64,000 bases of DNA, from the sequence record MW248466.1; one strand, given 5' to 3'. The translations under genes were made by a program, and so were the position numbers. Positions 56,806 through 64,000 of the stretch are shown here, piece by piece (position 1 is the stretch's first letter; each line of letters starts with the position of its first letter). Under the pieces are notes generated by a model. It ran no database searches and was not told the DNA's origin. It saw nothing but the letters and a program-made list of their open reading frames with translations.

Positions 56806-58080
56806 TTGATAGAAAGTTTGATTACTAAAAAAATATTTAATATAAAATTAATAGCATTATATTCAGATGGAACTACTGATGATTTATCTCAATTTATTAA
56901 AAGATCTAGAATAGAAATGAACTTCCAAGAATATATTATGCCATACTATAGATTTATATTAAGATTACCTAAAGAGACTATAATTAAGATTAATAAAGAT
57001 AGAGACAAAGTGGTATTTTCTTTTGCTTCAGATATGATTACTACTGATGCTGAAAGTGAAAGTTTATCTATTCCTTTTTATGAAGAAATAATATTAAAAC
57101 CATTAATGGATTTAAGCAATCCAGTTAATTATGATGATAGAGTAACTAGAACTGATGAAGATCAAAAACATTTATTTGATAGATATGAATTAGTTGCTAT
57201 ATCTGAAGAAACGTTAAAAACTAATAAACCTATAGTTTCAGGTATATATAATAACTGTACTGTCAGTGAAGTAGTTACTGATTTATTAAGTAATTTAAAA
57301 AATAGAGAAATATACTTACATGAAATAGATAATAATAAAATATACGAGCAGATTATCTTACTTCCTGCAAACGTATATGATAATATAAAATTTATTGATG
57401 ATGTATATGGTATATATAATAGGGAAATTAAGATGTTTAACCATGAAACAGGTTTAAATATTTTACCAATGTCTGGATTTGATCCTAATGATATAGGTAA
57501 AGTTAAAGTAGAAATAAGATTCCCTTCAAATCAAACTGATGAGGAAATCATAGAAGGATCTTACGAGCAAATATCTGAAGAAGATGACTTAGTTAGAAAT
57601 AAAAATATAGTAACAAGAATTAATAATGTATCTCTAGTAGATAATACAAGATTATTTAATGAATTAATCGGTTCAGAAATTAATTTATTTGGAATGGATA
57701 ATGAGACAGAATACACTAAATTAAATACATATCGTAGAGATATGGAAGATAGAAATGGACCTATTAATAAAGTTAAAGTATATGACGATATTTATGATAA
57801 TCCTTATAGTCTAGAAAAAGAGTTTAATAATAGTAAAGATATAATATTAAAGATACAATTAAATGATATTGATTTGACTATGGAAGATACTTTCAAGCAA
57901 TTTGATATAGAGTTCTTTAATGAATATTATAAACACTATAATGGTTTTTATGAGTTGTTATCAATTAATCAAGAATATAAAAATGCAAGTAAAGCTCTAG
58001 TATTATCAAACTATATTACATTAAGAAAGATAACTGATCATACATTTATTAAAAATGATAAAAATAATCCCAATACCTAA
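56806..58080 (+). CDS. putative baseplate/tail structural protein
   Basis: 424 aa under late promoter 56759-56770; GIYNNCTVSEVV and DDVYGIY blocks are hub-like (weak). Confidence 0.5.
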   Translation: MIESLITKKIFNIKLIALYSDGTTDDLSQFIKRSRIEMNFQEYIMPYYRFILRLPKETIIKINKDRDKVVFSFASDMITTDAESESLSIPFYEEIILKPLMDLSNPVNYDDRVTRTDEDQKHLFDRYELVAISEETLKTNKPIVSGIYNNCTVSEVVTDLLSNLKNREIYLHEIDNNKIYEQIILLPANVYDNIKFIDDVYGIYNREIKMFNHETGLNILPMSGFDPNDIGKVKVEIRFPSNQTDEEIIEGSYEQISEEDDLVRNKNIVTRINNVSLVDNTRLFNELIGSEINLFGMDNETEYTKLNTYRRDMEDRNGPINKVKVYDDIYDNPYSLEKEFNNSKDIILKIQLNDIDLTMEDTFKQFDIEFFNEYYKHYNGFYELLSINQEYKNASKALVLSNYITLRKITDHTFIKNDKNNPNT

Positions 58081-58098
58081 ATTAAAAGGTATTGGGAT
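58067..58098. terminator. bidirectional terminator
   Basis: Same 12-bp stem as 29197-29230; convergent genes. Confidence 0.8.
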
Positions 58099-58104
58099 AA
58101 ATTA

Positions 58105-58839
58105 TTAACCAATATATTTTTGAACATCATTTAATACATCTACATGACTCTTCATAGCATTATTAATTACTTTTCTATAAAGTACATTAAGTTTATTAAG
58201 ATCATTGACTAATTTTTGATTTTCTTTTATCTTTTCTTCTTCAATTTCTTTATTAGCAAATTTAATTGAAGTCTCTGAAGCGGATTTCATTGTATCTGCT
58301 GAAATCTTAAATGATTTAGCAAATGATTTAGCTTCATTAAACTGTTCAAATGATTTATTAACAATATAGTCTAAATCAATAGACATTGTTAATGGTATTT
58401 CCAAGTAATGATCATTTTCTTCTAATTCTTTTTCGAAGTCATAGTATTTCATTGAGAAATTATCATGACCTGCATAATTTAAAGTATTTTCATATTTTCT
58501 TAAATCAGCAGCTTTCCATATACTAAATACTGAAGCTGGACCTGAAAGCTTACTCATTACGTTATTTATTTGCTCTTTATTCTTTTTAATTTTCTTAAGA
58601 GTAGATTTAGTTTTAATTGTAACTCTGTTAAAATTAGTATTAAAGAACTTCATAAATTTAACTAAACCATTCTTAATTAATGATAGTATATTTAGGAAAA
58701 ATTCTTTAATTGTTTGGAAGAAATCTTTAACAGGAGATTCATTTAGACTATTTAATTCATCATTAAACTTTAATGATTCACTTACAATTTCAATTTCTTC
58801 CTTTAAGAATTCATTATTATAATCTTTATTTTCTAACAA
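58105..58839 (-). CDS. probable internal head protein
   Basis: 244 aa; acidic N-terminal propeptide ending SLNES, then FFQTIKEFFLNIL helix. Confidence 0.6.
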   Translation of the reverse strand: MLENKDYNNEFLKEEIEIVSESLKFNDELNSLNESPVKDFFQTIKEFFLNILSLIKNGLVKFMKFFNTNFNRVTIKTKSTLKKIKKNKEQINNVMSKLSGPASVFSIWKAADLRKYENTLNYAGHDNFSMKYYDFEKELEENDHYLEIPLTMSIDLDYIVNKSFEQFNEAKSFAKSFKISADTMKSASETSIKFANKEIEEEKIKENQKLVNDLNKLNVLYRKVINNAMKSHVDVLNDVQKYIG

Positions 58840-58873
58840 GAAGAATCTTTCTCCTTTCTTTATTAAATAAAAA

Positions 58874-58906
58874 GACCTAATACCCTATTATTAAGAGTAT
58901 TAGGTC
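58874..58906 (-). terminator. hairpin terminator
   Basis: GACCTAATAC/GTATTAGGTC stem. Confidence 0.6.
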
Positions 58907-58926
58907 CTATATACTATAGAAATTTA

Positions 58927-59763
58927 TTATTTAGCTGCTTTTTTAGCATCTTTCTTAGCAGATTGTACGCCCTCACCAGTACTACCAGTGTTACCACGTA
59001 ATAATTCTTTAGTTGCAGCGTAAGCTACAGCTAAAGCTTTGTTTGACATAGAGATTGATTTAGAGTTAACAGATCTAGCAAAGCTATTAAGTTTAGAAGC
59101 TTTAGCAATTTCAGCTTTTTTAACTTTAACTGTTTCGTTATCATTACGAGCAGCTGATTGAATACCTTCTTTAGCTTTTGTTTGTACTTCTTTGTTAGAT
59201 TCTTTAACTGCATCAGCTGAAGCTTTAACATCTTTAACAGCTTTTTTAACTGTATTTACTGCACTTAATGCTGAACTATAGTCTGTAACAGTTCCACCTT
59301 TAATTTTAGAACCATTAGTTAAGTCATTTTTAGTTTGTTCGAACACTTTATCAAAACGATCATCAGAAGGTTTAAGAGTTTTAAGTGAAACTAAAGCACC
59401 TGGACTTAAGTATTGATATTCTTTAGCTGTTTCTAGTTTTTTGCTAGAATCAGAAATTTTAGATTTAGCATCTTTAATGAATTTTTCAACATTTACAGTG
59501 CGAGATTGTAATTTGTTGAATGCTTCAACGAAGAAAGCAGTGAATTTTTTGAATGCTTCAGCAATAGCTTTAGCAATTTTAATGAAGAAATCTTTAGCTT
59601 TTTGAGCATATTCTTTCAATTTGCTAGAACCTTGCTCTTCACCTGCAGCAGCATCTTCAGCTTCAGTAAGTACATTAACACTTTCTAGAACAAAAAGTTC
59701 TGTTTGAGTTGCTTCTAATTCCTCTTGTAGAGAAACAGTTTCGAATGATTGATTTTGTAACAT
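58927..59763 (-). CDS. probable internal head protein (A/K-rich)
   Basis: 278 aa; acidic propeptide SLQEE..VLES..LTEA, then AKDFFIKIAKAIAEAFKKF helix; highly expressed-type codon use. Confidence 0.65.
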   Translation of the reverse strand: MLQNQSFETVSLQEELEATQTELFVLESVNVLTEAEDAAAGEEQGSSKLKEYAQKAKDFFIKIAKAIAEAFKKFTAFFVEAFNKLQSRTVNVEKFIKDAKSKISDSSKKLETAKEYQYLSPGALVSLKTLKPSDDRFDKVFEQTKNDLTNGSKIKGGTVTDYSSALSAVNTVKKAVKDVKASADAVKESNKEVQTKAKEGIQSAARNDNETVKVKKAEIAKASKLNSFARSVNSKSISMSNKALAVAYAATKELLRGNTGSTGEGVQSAKKDAKKAAK

Positions 59764-59807
59764 TATATAATTTCCTCCATTTATTTTATAATTTAAATTT
59801 TTTAATA

Positions 59808-60866
59808 TTAAAAACTAATATTAAAATCAGTTTCTAATTCTTTTCCTATTTCTGCATCTATTTGTTCTGATTCTGATTTACCTTGAACTTCAGCTACTCC
59901 AGAATCAATATCAATTTTATCAGCTAATTTATTTAAACGTTCAGTAGCTTTATTTTGTTTTTCACGTGCTTTATCTGATAAATCATTATTTCGTTCACCT
60001 TCAATGATTTTAACAGCTTCACGTAAATACTCAGCTATATCTGAACGAGTTTTAATTACTTTAATGTAAGCCTGTTTTGTTAAATATAAAGCTAGCATAG
60101 AACCTGCAATGGCTGATATTGTGATAGCTCCATATATACCAGCTTTTTTAACATTGTTAGCATTTGTTAAGAGTTTATTATCTTTTAAGAATTTACTATC
60201 TTTAGCTTTTTTAGCTAAATCCACTATATCATCAAAATTAAATTCTTCATTAGCACTTACAAAAGAACCATCAAATTTAAAAATATCTTTAAGCTTTCCT
60301 GCTTTATACATTTTTAAAACATTTTCCAAAGTATTTACTTCTAAAGAATTTTTATTTTTAAGTTTTTTATCATCAAATTGTAATTTACCATCTTCATTAC
60401 TGAATCCTAAGAAAAACAATTGTGAAGTTAATAACATAACTGTTGATGCTAAAGTAGTATAAACAATCTGACCAACTTCATTACCATTATTAAAACATTT
60501 TTTAAAGTTATTTTTTTCTTTTTCAAGTAAGTTTACAGAATTCTCAATAGTATCAAAAACGGAAATAAGTTTAGGATCAAAGCTATTAGATTTTTGACTC
60601 TTTATGTAATTAAAAGTCTTTTCAAAATCTTTATAAGCTTTAATCTTTTTAAAATCGCCTTTACTAGAAAGGATCGATTTTAAATTTTTATTTCCAGATT
60701 TTTTCAACATTTTTTCAGATGTTTTAGAGATTGCAACCGAAAGAGCTTCCATCTTTTCTTCTGGTTCTAATCTTTTAAAAGGTCTGAATGGTAAAGAGAA
60801 CTCCTGTAAAACTCTTTGTGTCATTGCATCTTCAGTTAGAAGATGTTTGCTTTCAAGAAGTTCCAC
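59808..60866 (-). CDS. probable virion protein with hydrophobic segment
   Basis: 352 aa; GIYGAITISAIAGSMLALYL; late promoter at 60962-60973. Confidence 0.65.
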   Translation of the reverse strand: MELLESKHLLTEDAMTQRVLQEFSLPFRPFKRLEPEEKMEALSVAISKTSEKMLKKSGNKNLKSILSSKGDFKKIKAYKDFEKTFNYIKSQKSNSFDPKLISVFDTIENSVNLLEKEKNNFKKCFNNGNEVGQIVYTTLASTVMLLTSQLFFLGFSNEDGKLQFDDKKLKNKNSLEVNTLENVLKMYKAGKLKDIFKFDGSFVSANEEFNFDDIVDLAKKAKDSKFLKDNKLLTNANNVKKAGIYGAITISAIAGSMLALYLTKQAYIKVIKTRSDIAEYLREAVKIIEGERNNDLSDKAREKQNKATERLNKLADKIDIDSGVAEVQGKSESEQIDAEIGKELETDFNISF

Positions 60867-61043
60867 AGGGAATCTCCACTTCCTTTCTAGGAGTTAATCC
60901 AAATATAATAAAATAATAAATGAAACCTACACGCTAATATAAATTTTCATTTTATATTTTATAAATTTTTGTTCTAAATATAATTTCATTAATTTATTCA
61001 GATTAAGAAATATATCTTATTATATAATAACTGTTTCTATTAA

Positions 61044-62570
61044 TTAACGTTTTAATAATTTTTCAAGCATTTCTGAAGTTAAATCTTTTTGATTATTCTT
61101 AACTTTGTAAGCACCAAGTTTACTTTCTTTAATAACTTCAAATTTATTATGATCCGGTAAATATTTATAAACTAATTCTCTAGTTTGATCTAATACAATA
61201 AAGTCTAATAAGAAGAATTCATTATAAATTTTCTTAGCAGCTCTACGATCAGATAATAAGTCTACGCCAGTTTTACGTTTAACTTCTTGAACTTCATCAA
61301 TAGTAATCATTAAAGCTGTTGTTGGAATATAGTTAGCTTTAGCTGACTTAGCAATTCCTGCAGCTTTATTAACTGTATAAAGAGAATTTAATTTGTTCCA
61401 GATAGCTCCAGAACGTCCTCTTTTAGAATCTTGTGCAATTTTCTTAACTTTATCAGCGTCTAATAATAAATCTTTAACTAAACGTAATTCACCTGTAGTA
61501 AATTTAACTAATTTAGTTACTAAGTTTGAACCACGAGATTTATCAGAAAGATAGAAAATGATGTCTTCAGTTTTAACAACATGAACTACTGTTTTAACAC
61601 CAAACTTAACTTCTTTAGGAACTAATACTCCTGGTATAGGTTCACCTTTACTATCAGTTCCCATAAAAGTAACTTTAGAAGAAATAGTTGTAGGTAAAGA
61701 AGAATTTATTTTATCTTTATCAATAACTACTTTTGCACCGAATTGTTCATCTACATCATTTTTAGCTCCAGAAATATACGAAGAAGACAAATCATTTAAA
61801 AATGCATCTAAAACACCATCTTCAATTACCATGAAATCTTTCCCATGATCATCTTTGTGTTTTTCACCGTTTAATAGATATTTAATGTTTCTTGAAGGGT
61901 CACTTTCTTTAAGATTTTTAAATTCATATCTTTCAGTTCTAATTTTATCTTTCTCTATTTTATTTCCATTTTTATCTTTTTTACCCTCTTCTACCGTTAC
62001 TATTTTAACTTTTAAATCATAGGTATTTGAGAGCTCTTCTTCTTTTTTAGATTTAAGAAAATCTGCTTCTTTAAAATCAAAATCATAAGTGGTACCTGTA
62101 TGACCACCTTGTACTTTAATTCCTTCATTTAATAATTCTTTCATTTCTTCTCTAGTGATAGTCATATCATTTAAAGAATTCATGTTAAATTTTTCTTCAG
62201 GAGTTTCTAATAAATAATCATTAGATCTTTTAATATCTCCTTTTGTACTTTCAGCTAAATTTACATTATTATGCAAATCAGCCATAAATGAAGTAGGGTC
62301 CTTTGGATTAAATTCTTGTAAAGGAGAATTCGTTAATACAAAATCAAACTCAAAAGCTCTTTCTAATTCTAACTGATTCCTCATTAATTCAACTGTGTCT
62401 TGTTCTATAGTGTCAGATGTAACTAAAGGAAATTGTAAGATGAAATCTCCTGCTCTAGATTTCATGGAACGTTTTCTTCTAATATCTTTTTTATAATTTC
62501 TTTTTACGCTACTTGGTCCTATATCTTGTAAGAGTCCTATTACATCTGTAAGTAAATTTACTTTGGCCAA
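61044..62570 (-). CDS. probable virion structural protein
   Basis: 508 aa; late promoter at 62605-62616. Confidence 0.7.
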   Translation of the reverse strand: MAKVNLLTDVIGLLQDIGPSSVKRNYKKDIRRKRSMKSRAGDFILQFPLVTSDTIEQDTVELMRNQLELERAFEFDFVLTNSPLQEFNPKDPTSFMADLHNNVNLAESTKGDIKRSNDYLLETPEEKFNMNSLNDMTITREEMKELLNEGIKVQGGHTGTTYDFDFKEADFLKSKKEEELSNTYDLKVKIVTVEEGKKDKNGNKIEKDKIRTERYEFKNLKESDPSRNIKYLLNGEKHKDDHGKDFMVIEDGVLDAFLNDLSSSYISGAKNDVDEQFGAKVVIDKDKINSSLPTTISSKVTFMGTDSKGEPIPGVLVPKEVKFGVKTVVHVVKTEDIIFYLSDKSRGSNLVTKLVKFTTGELRLVKDLLLDADKVKKIAQDSKRGRSGAIWNKLNSLYTVNKAAGIAKSAKANYIPTTALMITIDEVQEVKRKTGVDLLSDRRAAKKIYNEFFLLDFIVLDQTRELVYKYLPDHNKFEVIKESKLGAYKVKNNQKDLTSEMLEKLLKR

Positions 62571-62653
62571 TGTATTTCCGCCTTTCTTTTTCTTATTATT
62601 TTTATAAAGATATGTTTGATCATGAGAATCAATAAAAAAGTAAAAAAAAAAAT

Positions 62654-62695
62654 AAATTTAGATATCGTATCAACTAAGACACGATATCTAAATTT
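62654..62695 (-). terminator. hairpin terminator
   Basis: 15-bp stem AAATTTAGATATCGT/ACGATATCTAAATTT, followed on the minus strand by a T-run. Confidence 0.7.
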
Positions 62696-63181
62696 TTTGT
62701 GAGTGAGTTATTTTTGAATATCCATCATATTCGAGAAGTTCTATTTTAAATTCTATCATAATTAGATAAAATCTCTTTATTTCTAAAATCTTCGGAATCA
62801 TTCCTTATTACATAAGGTTCATTTCTTACATTTTCACTAACATTTTCATTAAGTAATTCGATAAAACTTTTTTCTTTCTTTTCTGATACATTATCTTTAT
62901 TCAATTTTTGAATCTCTCCCCATTTATATTACTACTATTAAATATATTACATAAATATGTGTGAACGGACTAACCACCTTAAATACAATAGATATGACTG
63001 TTTGATTGTTGACCTAATGTCATTTGGTAATCTTTTTATTGTTTAACTCACTCTGTTCACATTTTGTTATTTTATACTTCCATTCATTTTAGTATAGGGG
63101 ATCTAAAATGGATCGGCATATTTATATATCTTAGTAGAATATAGTATATTAATGAGAAGTTAATTTCTTAACTTCTCACTT

Positions 63182-63200
63182 TTATAATATATATTTAAAA
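63182..63200 (-). promoter_or_regulatory. early-type promoter motif
   Basis: Reverse complement TTTTAAATATATATTATAA, followed by the 11-bp hairpin 63153-63178. Confidence 0.7.
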
Positions 63201-63240
63201 ACTATTTACAAAAAAAAAAGAAGAATCTTGAGATTCTTCT

Positions 63241-63717
63241 TTATCTATAAAAATCTGGATTATCTTTTTTCAGTTGTGCTATATAAGCATCCACTCCGTA
63301 AAAATGACCATCGTCATCTTTTTCATAAGGATTAGAAACAGAAATTGGTATATCCTTTTCTTTAGCTTTGAAAGCTATCATTGAGTTAGCTTCATAAAAT
63401 AGTTTATAATGTTTCATTCTATTTATATGTCCCCAACTATAACCATTTCTTTTTAAATAATATTTAGCTTTTTGATAGTCGGACATTACATCTTTATTAA
63501 ATTGTAATTTATCTAAACCTTCTTCTTTCATAAAATTATCTTTTTTATTTTCTATTTCTTTTTTTCTTTCATTAATTTCACGAAGTTCTTCTTTTATTCT
63601 CTCTTCTTCTATTTTTGCTTCTTTAATTCTCATTCTTTCTCTTTCTTTTTCTTCTTTAATTCTTTTTTGTTTTGCTATTCTTCTATCACGTTTAATTTCT
63701 TTAATTTTATTTAACAT
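63241..63717 (-). CDS. hypothetical protein with charged coiled-coil N-terminus
   Basis: 158 aa, AAAGGA RBS. Confidence 0.8.
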   Translation of the reverse strand: MLNKIKEIKRDRRIAKQKRIKEEKERERMRIKEAKIEEERIKEELREINERKKEIENKKDNFMKEEGLDKLQFNKDVMSDYQKAKYYLKRNGYSWGHINRMKHYKLFYEANSMIAFKAKEKDIPISVSNPYEKDDDGHFYGVDAYIAQLKKDNPDFYR

Positions 63718-63848
63718 ATTAATCCATCCTTTTTTATTTTTTTTTATCTATACATATTTACTTCCATTTGAATTTCTCTTCAATAACTTCTTTTACTTCT
63801 TCTGATATTCCGCTAGAATCCACTTTCTTCTCTTATTTCCTACCCTAC

Positions 63849-63977
63849 TCACTGCTCAAAGTCTGTTTCTCTAATAAGTCTAATAAGTTCTTCTTTTTCT
63901 CTTTCTTTTTCTTCTTTAATTCTTTTCTGTTTTGCTTTTTCTATTTCTTTAATAATTTCTTTAATTTTGTTTAACAT
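63849..63977 (-). pseudogene. truncated paralog of 63241..63717 (42 aa)
   Basis: Same RBS and N-terminus MLNKIKEI...AKQKRIKEEKERE; stops at TGA with two further in-frame TAG codons downstream. Confidence 0.55.
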
Positions 63978-64000
63978 TTTAAATCCATCCTTTTCTTTTA

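Noticed and set aside
63760-63860. Stop-codon reassignment (in-frame TGA/TAG/TAG in the truncated paralog)
   Set aside because: Conserved long genes read through without internal stops under the standard code and some end in TAG or TGA; local decay is the simpler explanation.
5988-63974. Short antisense or alternate-frame ORFs in the track (e.g. 5988, 14366, 16766, 16774, 17091, 17826, 18546, 19035, 19627, 20348, 20502, 21973, 27153, 28784, 35017, 37794, 39275, 39814, 41352, 44319, 48903, 52513, 53701, 55338, 59031, 60109, 63768)
   Set aside because: They overlap longer, motif-bearing genes, have shadow-frame composition (S/F/L-rich) and lack RBSs.
1-64000. CRISPR array, rRNA, IS transposase, integrase, intein
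   Set aside because: I saw no regularly spaced repeat-spacer units, rRNA signatures, DDE/tyrosine recombinase motifs or C...HN intein ends.

Overview
Very AT-rich 64-kb segment of a jumbo myovirus of the AR9/PBS1/phiKZ-like group. The host is most likely Staphylococcus, inferred from CHAP and amidase endolysins with LysK-type SH3b domains. Core content: three fragments of split multisubunit RNA polymerases, a probable sigma-like specificity subunit, the N-terminal half of a split family-B DNA polymerase, an SbcC/gp46 ATPase, an SF2 helicase, a T4 gp20-like portal, a gp25-like baseplate wedge, a GroEL-like chaperonin, RNase H, dCMP deaminase, a guanylate-kinase-like enzyme, several acidic head proteins and Ig/collagen surface proteins. 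Reading beyond the ORF track shows: (1) a 1302-nt group I intron (31894-33195, minus strand) in the RNAP beta gene, with exact splice sites and an internal homing endonuclease; (2) a ~570-nt non-coding region (38184-38760) packed with hairpins, including a 7-bp kissing loop and an embedded tRNA-like cloverleaf with a non-canonical anticodon arm; (3) a probable -1 programmed frameshift (CTT TTT C plus a downstream stem) in a tail-assembly-chaperone gene; (4) two phage promoter classes, AACA-N6-TA (AR9 late type, hinting at uracil-DNA) and TTTTAAATATATATTATAA always followed by a hairpin; (5) shared short protein modules among virion proteins. Family assignments come from motif recognition by eye, not from database searches.
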